The position numbers and the translations under genes were made by a program. The notes under the pieces were generated by a model that saw only the letters and a list, made by a program, of their open reading frames with translations, was not told the DNA's origin and did no database searches. This document shows positions 1 to 10,360 of a DNA stretch of 64,000 nucleotides, in pieces. Positions within the stretch are counted from its first letter, which is position 1. Each line of letters starts with the position of its first letter. The stretch spans positions 960,001 to 1,024,000 of the forward strand of contig CM000431.1 in the NCBI GenBank assembly GCA_000165345.1. The letters run 5' to 3'.

Positions 1-1
1 T

Positions 2-1399
2 CCATATGGTAATTCGCCTTTGAATAGAAATTTGGCAGATTATTTGAGTTATGGAATAATTAACCTTGATAAGCCAGCAAATCCATCATCCCATGAAGTG
101 GTTGCATGGATTAAGAAGATCTTAAGATGTGAAAAGACAGGTCATAGTGGTACATTGGATCCAAAAGTTACAGGCTGTTTATTGGTTTGTTTAAATAGAG
201 CAACAAGATTGGTAAAATCACAACAGAGTGCAGGTAAAGAATATGTCTGTATTGTAAGATTTCACTCAAGTGTTGGCGGTAAGTCAGCAGTGAGTAGATG
301 TCTTGAAACTTTGACAGGAGCCTTATTTCAGAGACCACCAGTAATTTCAGCTGTTAAACGTCAGCTTAGAGTACGTTCAATATATGATTCTAAGCTTTTG
401 GATTATGATGAAAAGAGGAACTTGGCTGTTTTTTGGGCAAAATGTGAGGCAGGGACATATATAAGAACAATGTGCGTTCATATGGGGTTGCTTTTAGGGG
501 TTGGGGCTCATATGCAAGAATTAAGAAGGGTAAGAAGTGGTTGTTTATCAGAAAATGACAACATGGTAACAATGCACGATATTTTGGACGCTCAGTATAT
601 GTTAGATAACTATAGAGATGAATCATATTTAAGACGTATTATTTCACCATTAGAATTACTTTTAACAGATTTACCAAGAATTGTAGTTAAGGATTCGTGC
701 GTTAATGCAATTTGTTATGGCGCAAAACTTATGATTCCTGGTGTATTGAGATTTGATAATGGAATAGATGTTGGTACCGAAGTTGTAATGATGACAACAA
801 AAGGTGAAGCTATAGCAATTGGTGTTGCTCAAATGACTACAGCTGTTATAGCTAGTGTAGATCATGGAGTAGTTGCTATAATAAAGAGAGTTATTATGGA
901 GAGAGATACATATGATATGAGATGGGGACATGGTCCTAGAGCTTCTGAAAAGAAGAAGCTTATTTTAGGTGGAAAGCTTGACAAGCATGGAAAGCCAAAT
1001 GAGCAAACACCTGAATCCTGGCTTAAATACGAGGGTTATATTCCAAAGCTTACGGGCGATCATGATGATCAAAACGATGAGGGGAAAGATATTACAGGAT
1101 CAGGATTGGAATCAGAATCTAACTCTAATATAGAATCCAGCTCATCAAAAAAGAGAAAAGAAAAGAAAGAAACAAATGATGAGGAATCATCTTCATCATT
1201 TTCTTCTAAGAACAAAAAAGAAAAGAATAAGAGAAAGAGTACTGAGCCATTAAGTGAAAATGGAAGCAGTAGTAGCAGTAGTGATAGTAGTAGTAGCAAC
1301 AGCAGTAGTGATGATGAAAAGAGTAAATCCAAAGGGAAAAAGTCATCCAAAGATAAATCAAAGAAAAAAAAGAAACACAGTCGTATCAGTGAAGACTAG
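2..1399 (+). CDS. CBF5: H/ACA snoRNP pseudouridine synthase Cbf5/dyskerin (TruB family); 5' end truncated by window edge
   Basis: Translation matches the Cbf5 core ([43 protein letters not shown]...[14 protein letters not shown] region) and has the typical Lys/Ser/Glu-rich C-terminal tail. The frame is open from position 2 ([14 protein letters not shown] aligns to about residue 85 of Cbf5), so the N-terminus lies upstream of the window. The ORF-track start at 20 is a TTG, not a real start. Confidence 0.88.
   Translation, partial: PYGNSPLNRNLADYLSYGIINLDKPANPSSHEVVAWIKKILRCEKTGHSGTLDPKVTGCLLVCLNRATRLVKSQQSAGKEYVCIVRFHSSVGGKSAVSRCLETLTGALFQRPPVISAVKRQLRVRSIYDSKLLDYDEKRNLAVFWAKCEAGTYIRTMCVHMGLLLGVGAHMQELRRVRSGCLSENDNMVTMHDILDAQYMLDNYRDESYLRRIISPLELLLTDLPRIVVKDSCVNAICYGAKLMIPGVLRFDNGIDVGTEVVMMTTKGEAIAIGVAQMTTAVIASVDHGVVAIIKRVIMERDTYDMRWGHGPRASEKKKLILGGKLDKHGKPNEQTPESWLKYEGYIPKLTGDHDDQNDEGKDITGSGLESESNSNIESSSSKKRKEKKETNDEESSSSFSSKNKKEKNKRKSTEPLSENGSSSSSSDSSSSNSSSDDEKSKSKGKKSSKDKSKKKKKHSRISED
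1261..1320 (+). repeat. AGT/AGC trinucleotide run encoding poly-Ser in the Cbf5 tail
   Basis: agcagtagtagcagtagtgatagtagtagtagcaacagcagtagtgat; imperfect (AGY)n coding microsatellite. Confidence 0.6.
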
Positions 1400-1909
1400 G
1401 GACTTTTACAAAGTTAGAATTCTTTTTCTATATCAAACAGGTGGATATACTATATTATGGCTATATTAATTTTCTAATTTACTCATGTCCACATTAATAT
1501 TCTTTACTTTTTCAAAAATAATTAAAATGTTCCCATTGAACATACTAATAGAACTTATTAGACTTTAAATATCATCTGAAATAGCTAATAAATCGCTTGC
1601 TAAGTTTTACAAGTACTATTTCTTTTAACTTTTTTGAGATTTATTTATTTTTTCTTTTTGAGATCGATTTGAGTTTGAATGGAGATAATTTTATTATTAT
1701 TATTGAATTGAGAAAAAATACTTTTAAAATAAATTAATATAGTGAAAAAAAAATTAAGTAAAAAAAATACGAGTTTCTAAATCTAGTATGTTCATAAATC
1801 TGTAGTATTTTTTAATGAAATTAAATTTTTCAAATGGCTTTAATAATAATGTAAAGTATTCTGGTACTCCATCATTTAGCATTAAATGACAATTAAAAAG
1901 CTTCCATGA

Positions 1910-1925
1910 TTCCCGCCGGCGGCAA
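1910..1925. promoter_or_regulatory. E2F-like GC box (TTCCCGCCGGCGGCAA) about 360 bp upstream of the Nuf2-like gene
   Basis: A GC-rich island in AT-rich intergenic DNA. It contains TTCCCGCC (reverse of GGCGGGAA) and GGCGGCAA back to back. Confidence 0.4.
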
Positions 1926-2288
1926 CATGCAAAAATGTGGGTTTTGTGGGTTAGTGAGGGGAGAATAATCATTAAGCTAAAATATCAACAGGGAGGAATA
2001 CAAAGATAGTGAGAATTGGATCTTTGGAATAATTTTGCCACATTTTCTTTCGCTTGGCACTGTATCATCTTAGTAGGCTTTATCACGGTTGAATTTCCAG
2101 GTCTTATTATTTGATTAAAAGACAGCTTTTCGATCGATTAATTTTGAATTAATACTTGAAGCTCAGTCAAAATCCAAATTCTAAGGGTCAAGACTTATTT
2201 TCAAATAAAGGAGAGGCTAAGGAAAACTTATAAAGAGGATTTGATTAAATAATGCACTTTAGCTTTAGAGAATAAAGTAAAGTTCAAA

Positions 2289-3734
2289 ATGAGGTTGCAA
2301 TCCAAACAAAAATATCAGTTTCCTGATTTGGAGATGGGAGAGCTGATGAATGAGTTGGACATGTTAGGATTTGAAGTTGGAAGTAACTTTTGGGAAAGTA
2401 TTAACCATGAAATAGCAGTAGAACTTTATATGAACTGCTTGTCAATAGCATTAGAGATAGATACAGAGGATATTCGACCGGAAGAGTTAATAGGACAACT
2501 TCCATCTTCAGCTGCTGGAATAATATCTGAAAATGGAAAGAGTCAAATTAAACCAATAGGAAATTTGAGATTTTTACGTTACTGTAAGATCCTTTGGGTA
2601 ATGATAGGAATCGATGATTTTAGTATGAATGACATTTATAGACCAACTCCAGATAGAATTTATTCGTTCTTATGTGGATTTGTGAATTTGATGCGTTTCA
2701 AAGAAGATCGTTGGATGACTTATAAGAATGAGTTTTATGAAATTGAGGAAATTTTGGACTCTGTAGACAAATCTAATGAACAGATTAAACAAAAAAAAGA
2801 AGATTTGAATAATATTAGAGTAAGATATAACGAACAAAGTGGTGAAATTGCAAATAGGAGAAGGGATAATCAGGAATACCAGGAAAAGATGAGATCTTTG
2901 CACGGAGAATTTTTGCAAAATCAACAAGAACTTAAGAGATTAACACAGTCAGAGCATGATTTAAAGGAGCAGCTTAAAGATGTTGAGTTTAGGATTACCA
3001 CTGGAAATCAAGATATACAAGATTTAAAGGATCAAGTTGTTCAGTCCCCAGAAAGACTCAGAAATACTCTGGAAGAATTGAATAAATCTTTAGAGAATGA
3101 AAGAAAACAAATTGATCAAATTAGTATCAAAAATAATGAACTAAAGGAAAGACAAAATCTATTGCAAAAGACTGAAAAGAGGCTTGGTAAGGCAAAGACA
3201 TTCCTTGAACAAACTATTAGCGGAATTAAAGATGCAAACAATATTAAGCAATCAATCAAAGAAATCGAGCATCATATTGAGAAGGATAAATGGACAATTG
3301 AGCAAACTACAGAAGAAGAAAGGTTGCTTTTGCAAACTGTGGAACAGATTTCACTAAGAATTCAAAATAATCAACAACACTATGAGAGTTTAATTGAGGA
3401 GGCACAGACTTTACTTAATCAAGAGAAACAAAAGTTTGAGCAAGGACAGGAATTCCTTGATGTTCAAAGCAGTGAAGCATTTTCATTTGAGCGACAAGCA
3501 GAATTAATGGAAAAAGAGATCCAGAATTTAAAAGTATCTCATGAAAAGGCAATTAATGCACTCAATATTCAGCATAGCCAACTACTAAATGTTCTTACCA
3601 ATTATAAGAAACACTTAATCAGCAAACTGAATGACATAAACTCGAAGTATAACTTAAAGCTATTAGATGAAACATCCAAGGAAAATTCAACAATAAACTC
3701 TATAGAAAACACTATTGTGATGCAGCACAACTAG
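2289..3734 (+). CDS. NUF2: Kinetochore protein Nuf2-like (NDC80 complex), CH-like N-terminus plus coiled coil
   Basis: Starts at an ATG. The N-terminus (YQFPDLEMGELMNELDMLGF...ELYMNCLSIAL; DDFSMNDIYRPTPDRIYSFLCGFVNLMRFKE) follows the Nuf2 pattern (FPxL..EIV...L; DFETADIL.P...R...FLSGIINFIHFRE). The rest is a long heptad-rich coiled coil including a SPERLRN motif like Nuf2 SPEKLKN, and the length (481 aa) matches. Confidence 0.55.
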   Translation: MRLQSKQKYQFPDLEMGELMNELDMLGFEVGSNFWESINHEIAVELYMNCLSIALEIDTEDIRPEELIGQLPSSAAGIISENGKSQIKPIGNLRFLRYCKILWVMIGIDDFSMNDIYRPTPDRIYSFLCGFVNLMRFKEDRWMTYKNEFYEIEEILDSVDKSNEQIKQKKEDLNNIRVRYNEQSGEIANRRRDNQEYQEKMRSLHGEFLQNQQELKRLTQSEHDLKEQLKDVEFRITTGNQDIQDLKDQVVQSPERLRNTLEELNKSLENERKQIDQISIKNNELKERQNLLQKTEKRLGKAKTFLEQTISGIKDANNIKQSIKEIEHHIEKDKWTIEQTTEEERLLLQTVEQISLRIQNNQQHYESLIEEAQTLLNQEKQKFEQGQEFLDVQSSEAFSFERQAELMEKEIQNLKVSHEKAINALNIQHSQLLNVLTNYKKHLISKLNDINSKYNLKLLDETSKENSTINSIENTIVMQHN

Positions 3735-3945
3735 TAATTAAATTAAAAAATATATTCCAACCACTTATTTCAAATTTTATTATATTAAATCGATAAATTT
3801 AAATATAATTATAACTGTCTAAATCAATTTTTGTAATTAACTTATCCACCACTTTTCATACATTCATTCATGTTCTATTCTAACTTCCGTCAATGTTTAC
3901 CTAAATTCAGCTTTACAAGAAATGACTAAGGGGTAAAACCAATAA

Positions 3946-3983
3946 GGCGCCATTATTTGGCGGTAGACGTGGCGGCAAATTCC
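3946..3983. promoter_or_regulatory. Cluster of E2F-like boxes (GGCGCC, TTTGGCGG, GGCGGCAAATTCC) upstream of the gene at 4316
   Basis: Three GC boxes lie within 40 bp in AT-rich intergenic DNA. Confidence 0.4.
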
Positions 3984-4315
3984 TTTTAAAAAATTATGGA
4001 CAAGATTGGGGAAAAAAAATAAACTGAAACTGTTGCTGAAGAGATTTATGCAATTTGAGAAGGTGATTAAACCGTTAATTCTCAGTGCATTTTCATGATA
4101 CTCTATTGGTTGAATATAGCGTAATATTTATACAAGATCTATGATTTTCTTTGATTAAGTGTGGAAACAATAATTGGCAATTTTAAGAATAAAGTGTTTA
4201 AAGATAAAAAAAAAAAAAAACTTTCTAATTATTCTGGAAGATAATATATACTGCTTTCATATAAGAACTGCCGACTTTCTCATTTCAAAAAAAATAGAGT
4301 GATTGTTTCGTAAAT

Positions 4316-4906
4316 ATGTTTCGTTGTAGAATCTGTACTGAGCCACCTTTTAGCCATTTTTTTAATTTGAGAATTTTTAATGGATATTTTTCTGATGAAA
4401 GGTCTAAAAAAACCCCTTACCAACTGAGTGAAGGAGATTCTGTCTATGATACTCAATCATATGGAAGCTCACTTTTAGCTACTCCATCCAACTTAAATTC
4501 ATTTGAGCCAAGAAGCTCTGAGGAAATTAATTCTATCTGTCTCAAATGGGAAAAATGTGTACATGAGAGAGGTAGGGAATTTTGGAGGACTTCAGAGTGT
4601 TTGATGGAGGTGCTTTCAGCAATAGCCCGGGGTGTTAACAATAACGATGACCCGATTTTGGGTGATCCCCAGAGATGTATTATGTGGTATGGACAGGTTT
4701 CGGCAATTGATGGATGTCCAGTCATAAGGATGAAGAGACCAGATGAGGTTGTTGAAACTCATACATATGTAAACAGAGCGTTAGTATTCTTGTATGCTAG
4801 CGATGAATCCTTTGAGGAGTTACAATTGAAGCCAAGAGTGGCATTCAATATGGCTTGTGGGAACCGTAGATGTGTTCATTTGCGTCATATATCTCTGGAC
4901 GACTAA
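4316..4906 (+). CDS. Hypothetical Cys/His-containing protein (196 aa) of unknown function
   Basis: Clean ATG-initiated ORF. It contains CRIC near the N-terminus, CIMWYG...H..V.RAL and a C-terminal CGNRRCVHLRH. I recognise no confident homolog (see finding on possible degenerate HNH-like fold). Confidence 0.4.
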   Translation: MFRCRICTEPPFSHFFNLRIFNGYFSDERSKKTPYQLSEGDSVYDTQSYGSSLLATPSNLNSFEPRSSEEINSICLKWEKCVHERGREFWRTSECLMEVLSAIARGVNNNDDPILGDPQRCIMWYGQVSAIDGCPVIRMKRPDEVVETHTYVNRALVFLYASDESFEELQLKPRVAFNMACGNRRCVHLRHISLDD

Positions 4907-5587
4907 CAGTATGGTTAATATGGAGTATTCATCATACGTAATAACAAATAGTAGTGATGATAGAAAGCTGTATATATTATATGCATGCTCTCCACTCGCT
5001 ACCGTATTTCATTTAAGAGCCAAGAAAAAAAAAATAATCAGAGTATTTCTTTTTTTTTTTTTTTTTAATTAACAATCTAAACAATCGAGTCTGAACTTCG
5101 ATATAAGCGTTGTTGAGGTGCTACTTAGCCATGAAGTATAATTACGCATGCATTAAACATTTTTATTTAATGCTTGATTTATCCAGTTCATTCAATTTAC
5201 AATGGGGAAATGTGAAGTCACAATCTAATCTTTCGAGGCTCTACTATTCAAATTTATTGATACTTAGACAGAAATCAGGCCTCCAATTAGAGCCAATAAG
5301 GTTTTGTATTCGGGTTTCTTATATGTTTGCGCGAAGTATTTATTAGAGTTCTTTTTGGTAACTTCTTTATTTACTCTTTTTTTTTGGTGTAATTAATTTA
5401 GCTCCTCTCCACACACACATGTATATCTTTTTAAATATTTCTCTCTATTCTTATCGTGTCTATTTATCTATGTTTAAAAGACTCTTAAAGCTTGTATTCA
5501 ATATCTTCTCATTCCCTTTCTCTACAAATGGTCTCTCTCTTGAACTCTCTTTAAAGTCATTTCAGACATTAAATTTTGGTCATCTCT

Positions 5588-5618
5588 GGCGCCAAACAAA
5601 GCCACATTGGCGCCAAAA
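5588..5618. promoter_or_regulatory. Two E2F-like sites (GGCGCCAAA and TTGGCGCCAAAA) about 180-200 bp upstream of the Snu114 ATG
   Basis: ctGGCGCCAAAcaaagccacaTTGGCGCCAAAAtt. These are palindromic E2F-type boxes, preceded by a long CT-rich tract (5400-5580). Confidence 0.5.
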
Positions 5619-5792
5619 TTAAACGAGTCAAGAATGATAATAAAGAACGTGCCTAAAGGAAACAAAAAATTTCTATATATATACAAATATATATATTTCT
5701 ATATATGTAGAAATATATGTAGAAATAAAGTAGAGTAATAATAATTAAGGCAAGAGTAATATTTAATAGCTCTGGGGGTTAATCATCTAAAG

Positions 5793-8700
5793 ATGGACTT
5801 GAATGATGTGTATGATGAATTTGGTAATTATATTGTGAAAGATGATAACGACTCAGAAGGAAGCGCAGATTGGGTGGGATCCGAAGAAACTTCAGATCCA
5901 GAAGATAGCCACAACAATAAAGATGGTGAAATTTTTGATCATGCCCAAAAAGAAGAGTCTGAAGATTCAGGAAGTGATATTTTTTCTGAAAATGAGTGGC
6001 AAAAGCATAAAGGACAAGTCAAAATACTTAATAAACAAAGCATAAAAGACGAGGATCATGAAATGACTCAGGAAACTGATGATGATAATAAGATTGTGCA
6101 ATTTGAAGATAAAGAGTATTATCCAGACCCATCTGATGTATATGGTGATGACGTTGAAATATTGGTACAAGAGGAAGACCACCAACATATAGATGAACCT
6201 CTCATTTCTCCCTTAAAAGAAAACAAATTTGACTTAATTGAAAAGAACCTTAAGGAAATGGAAACAACATTTTCTTATGAATTCTTGAGAGATTTAATGG
6301 ATAATTTGGAATTTGTTAGAAATATCTGTTTTATTGGTGAAATTCATTCTGGAAAAACCACATTCTTAGATATGTTGATTAAAAATACTCATTCTTACAA
6401 AGGAGATAAGAAAAATATTCCTTTACCGGAGAGATATTGTGATTCAAGAAAAGATGAACAGGATAGAGGAATTAGTATTAAAGCTTCTCCAATATCTTTG
6501 GTACTACCAAACTCTATGGATAAATCTTTCTTATTCAATATTTTAGATACCCCTGGTCATGTTAACTTTGTGGATGAAGCATGCATTTCAGTAAGAATTT
6601 CAGAAGGAGTTATACTTTTCTTGGACTGTGTTATTGGTTTAACTAAACAATTAGAAAGATTGCTTCATTATTGCTTATCAGAAGGGAAGAAGGTTGTTCT
6701 AGTAATTAATCAAATTGACAGACTTGTCTTAGAGTGTAGACTACCTCCATATGATGCTTATTTTAAACTTAAGCATTTAATCTCTGCAGTTAATAACTCT
6801 ATTTTGGAATTTGCATCTATTCATGGATTTAATACTGATGAAACTAGAAATTTATTATTTGGTCCAGAAAGAGGTAATGTTGGATTTGCATCTGGTAGAT
6901 ATAACTTTTTCTTCACTTTAAATTCATTTGCTAGAAAGTATTTAAAACATAATGGTATTACCAATAACTGTATTCTGATTGAAAAATCTCAACAATTATC
7001 TTTCAGATTATGGGGAGATTATTATTTTAATAAAGAAAATAATTCATTTGAAACAGACTCAAATGTTTCTCAAGATAGATCTTTTGTAGAATTTATCTTA
7101 AATCCAATATATAAGTTACTTGGATATACGGTATCGGAAGAAGATGATAAATTATCAAGCTTTTTGAAGACGGTTGGAATATATCTGACAAAGAAAGAAC
7201 TTAAATTAAATGTTAAGGAACGTCTTGAAATTGTATGTAAACGTTTCTTTGGAAATTCTGCCTCATTTACTGACTTTATCACAAAAAATATCCCAAATCC
7301 TATTCAAAGTGCTAGTGATAATGTTGAGAGAATATATACTGGGCCAATTAATGATAGAATATCATCATTTATGAGAAAATATGAAAGAAATAATTGTCCT
7401 TTAGTTGTTTTTATTATAAAACAATTCCACTCTGAAGATATGGAATCATTTTACTCATTTGGAAAGATATTTTGTGGGACTTTATCAAAAGGTGATCGTG
7501 TTAAAGTTCTAGGTGAATCTTTTTCCAAAGATGATCCTGAGGATTTTACTACGAGATATATTGATAATCTTTGGATCTTACAAAGTAGGTATAAAGTAGA
7601 AGTTACAAGTGTACCTGCAGGAAATTGGGTACTAATTTCAGGTCTTGGAAGCTCTGTAACAAAACCATGTACATTAATTGGACATAATTCATTTATTAAG
7701 GATGATGAAATATATCCTTTACGTAATATTAGGCTTTTGAATAAGAGTGTAATAAAGTTAGCTCTTGAACCACATAATCCAGCAGATTTACCAAAAATGC
7801 TTGAAGGGTTAAAAAGTATTTCAAAAGCTTACACATGTTCAGTGACAAAAGTAGAGGAGAATGGAGAACATGTTATGTTTGGTACAGGAGAATTACAGAT
7901 GGATTGTATGATGCATGATTTAAGATGTTTATATGGAAATTTGGATGTAAAAGTTTCAGATCCAATGGTACATTTTTGTGAGACTGTTTTAGAGAAATCA
8001 GTAGTGAAATGTTTTGGAGATTCAACTAATGGATTGAATAGACTTTATATTACATCAGAACCTTTAGATCGAGGTATTTCAGATGAATTGGAGAATGGTA
8101 TAATGAAAGTTTCAATTTCAGATACTAAAGATCCAAAATATTATGGTAATTTATTAGCAGAGAAATATGGTTGGGATAAGCTTGCAGTAAAGTCATTATG
8201 GGCATTTGGACCAGATCCTAGCATAGGAAGTAATGTTTTATTGGATGATACTTCTTCTATAACAGTTGATAAAAAACTTTTATATGATGTTAAGGATGAT
8301 ATAATTCAAGGATTTAACTGGGCAGTTAAAGAAGGTCCTTTACTTGAAGAGCCAATAAGAAATGTAAAATTTAAGATACTTGATGTAAACTTATCTTCTG
8401 ATAAAGTTAGTAGGGGGACAGGGCAAATAGTTCCAGCATCTAGAAGAGCTTGTTACACATCGATGTTTTTAGCATCTCCAAAGATTTTGGAACCAATTAG
8501 TCTAGTAGAGATAATATGCCCATCAGGTTTGGATGAATTTATTAATAATATAGTATCAAAAAGAAGAGGCCATGCAGGCAAGGAAATTCCAATTCCTGCT
8601 TCACCATTAGTTACAATACTAGCATTTGTTCCAGCAATAGAAACCTTTGGATTTGAAACAGATTTAAGAATTCATACAAGCGGACAAGCATTTTGTACAA

Positions 8701-8900
8701 GTTGTTTCGACCACTGGGCAATAGTTCCAGGTAATCCATTGGATAGGAATATTTCATTAAGACTTTTAGAGAAAGCTCCTATTCCACATTTAGCTAGAGA
8801 TTTTCTTCTTAAAACAAGAAGAAGAAAAGGTCTAAGTGATGATGTTAATATTCAAAACTTTATCACTTGTCCAGAACTTATTAAAGCTTTGAATTATTAA
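5793..8900 (+). CDS. SNU114: U5 snRNP 116 kDa GTPase Snu114/EFTUD2 (EF-2-like)
   Basis: The N-terminal YDEFGNYI motif and acidic domain are characteristic of Snu114. The G domain has GKTTFLDML, DTPGHVNFVDE and INQIDRL. EF-2 domains II-V are conserved throughout (LWGDYYFN, SFVEFILNPIYK, PAGNWVLI, KLALEPHNPADLPKMLEGLK, GEHVMFGTGELQMDCMMHDLR, AFGPD, GQIVPASRR, FLLKTRRRKGLSDDV). Confidence 0.88.
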   Translation: MDLNDVYDEFGNYIVKDDNDSEGSADWVGSEETSDPEDSHNNKDGEIFDHAQKEESEDSGSDIFSENEWQKHKGQVKILNKQSIKDEDHEMTQETDDDNKIVQFEDKEYYPDPSDVYGDDVEILVQEEDHQHIDEPLISPLKENKFDLIEKNLKEMETTFSYEFLRDLMDNLEFVRNICFIGEIHSGKTTFLDMLIKNTHSYKGDKKNIPLPERYCDSRKDEQDRGISIKASPISLVLPNSMDKSFLFNILDTPGHVNFVDEACISVRISEGVILFLDCVIGLTKQLERLLHYCLSEGKKVVLVINQIDRLVLECRLPPYDAYFKLKHLISAVNNSILEFASIHGFNTDETRNLLFGPERGNVGFASGRYNFFFTLNSFARKYLKHNGITNNCILIEKSQQLSFRLWGDYYFNKENNSFETDSNVSQDRSFVEFILNPIYKLLGYTVSEEDDKLSSFLKTVGIYLTKKELKLNVKERLEIVCKRFFGNSASFTDFITKNIPNPIQSASDNVERIYTGPINDRISSFMRKYERNNCPLVVFIIKQFHSEDMESFYSFGKIFCGTLSKGDRVKVLGESFSKDDPEDFTTRYIDNLWILQSRYKVEVTSVPAGNWVLISGLGSSVTKPCTLIGHNSFIKDDEIYPLRNIRLLNKSVIKLALEPHNPADLPKMLEGLKSISKAYTCSVTKVEENGEHVMFGTGELQMDCMMHDLRCLYGNLDVKVSDPMVHFCETVLEKSVVKCFGDSTNGLNRLYITSEPLDRGISDELENGIMKVSISDTKDPKYYGNLLAEKYGWDKLAVKSLWAFGPDPSIGSNVLLDDTSSITVDKKLLYDVKDDIIQGFNWAVKEGPLLEEPIRNVKFKILDVNLSSDKVSRGTGQIVPASRRACYTSMFLASPKILEPISLVEIICPSGLDEFINNIVSKRRGHAGKEIPIPASPLVTILAFVPAIETFGFETDLRIHTSGQAFCTSCFDHWAIVPGNPLDRNISLRLLEKAPIPHLARDFLLKTRRRKGLSDDVNIQNFITCPELIKALNY

Positions 8901-9247
8901 TTAGTTAATATTACTTAAATAGACTTAGAATATAACAACTGATATAATAAAAATAGTAAAGACTCGTGTATTTAAGAACAACAAATCTCAATTAAATAAT
9001 AATTAAAAAAAAATGATATTATTTTTACTGATAATATAACAAATAGTCTGTAAATTCTACCATTAGTCCTAATAATATGAGTTTGGATTACGTGGTGTAA
9101 TTCCAATGTGGATAATTATTAAAGCAGTATCAGACAAATTACGTCAGATAAAAGAATAAATATCCGCAATCTCAATAATAAGAATAAAATTCTATGATGA
9201 AATAACCTTTAGATTAAGGTAATTAGATAGTGATTGGACTGATAAAT

Positions 9248-9577
9248 TTACTCGTATGATCTTATGATATCAGAATCACCTGGGTCTGTAACAGTCATGC
9301 AGCTAACACGATATAGTTTACCACAAGAGGTACCTAAATCATTGTTACCACCTTGGAAATGGTGAACACCAATCTTGGAGAGCATTGCATAGTATTCAAT
9401 TTCGGATCTTCTTAGAGGAGGGCAGTTGTTTGAGATTATAACCAAACGAGCAGTACCATTTCTGATAGATTTAACAGTTGAACGGTATCCAAGACAGACC
9501 TTACCACTCTTCATGACAAGTTGTAAGCGACTGGTCATACCTTCAGATTTACCCTTAGATGAACCCTTCTTGGCCAT
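9248..9577 (-). CDS. RPL30: 60S ribosomal protein eL30 (L30e)
   Basis: 109 aa. [77 protein letters not shown] is near-identical to the eL30 consensus. The ATG is at 9577. Confidence 0.9.
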   Translation of the reverse strand: MAKKGSSKGKSEGMTSRLQLVMKSGKVCLGYRSTVKSIRNGTARLVIISNNCPPLRRSEIEYYAMLSKIGVHHFQGGNNDLGTSCGKLYRVSCMTVTDPGDSDIIRSYE

Positions 9578-9943
9578 TTTTATTTATTCCTCTTCACAAA
9601 CTAAGATCTGAGTCTTGAAATTATTTTAACTTTTTTCTTTTAGATAACTTATTTCAATTTCTTGAAACTCGTCTTGTTTAAGAATAATTAGTTATTTCCC
9701 AATAATTTGTCTAATTGGACTCGCGCCATAAACAAAAAAATATAAATTCTTTTTTCTTTTAAAATTATTATTTAATTAAATGTATAATATATGATGTATA
9801 TATATTTTATATATAAATATATATAAAATATATATTATAAATTTGTACCTGAATTTTTTTTTGTGTATTATAATCTCTATAGACTATTACTATTTATTTA
9901 TTCTTCGCGTCTCATTTCTTTTATAATAATTAAAAACAAAATA

Positions 9944-9977
9944 CCGCCAAAACTAGACACGTGTATTGGCGGGTTTT
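9944..9977. promoter_or_regulatory. E2F-like sites (CCGCCAAAA; TTGGCGGGTTTT) flanking an ACACGTGT palindrome in the eL30/repeat-protein divergent promoter
   Basis: ataCCGCCAAAActagACACGTGTaTTGGCGGGTTTTatttgg. Confidence 0.4.
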
Positions 9978-10360
9978 ATTTGGAAATTACTTAAAAATAT
10001 TGCTAGTGGCGATAATATTTTACATGTAAAAAAAAAACAGAGCACACTAAAATACTTGTAAAGGGGGGAAATAGAAAATAAAAAAATTATAAATAATTTT
10101 TTAAAAATAAGAAAAGTGGTGCATTTGATTGAAAAAAAGAACTTTATTCCGAGATTATGATGTTGTTGGTGTTCTTGACTAATTCAGAATAAGAAGAAAG
10201 TGTTAATTTAGGAAGAAACCTACAGAAAGGGTCGAATTAAATATAATAAATAAGTAATTAATTATTATTGGAAGGATAATTGTGCGAAGTTTATGAAATT
10301 AGAGGTCAATACGAATTAATTTTGAGTTTTTATCATTATCATTGAATTAAAGTAATAGTC

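Noticed and set aside
1926-1970. G-rich stretch GTGGGTTTTGTGGGTTAGTGAGGGGAG as a possible G-quadruplex
   Set aside because: It has only three G-runs of three or more Gs, so it does not satisfy a canonical four-tract G4.
5047-5067. Long poly(T) and poly(A) tracts (5047-5067, 4205-4220, 19861-19879)
   Set aside because: Homopolymer runs are ordinary in AT-rich intergenic DNA and 3' UTRs; there is no evidence of specific function.
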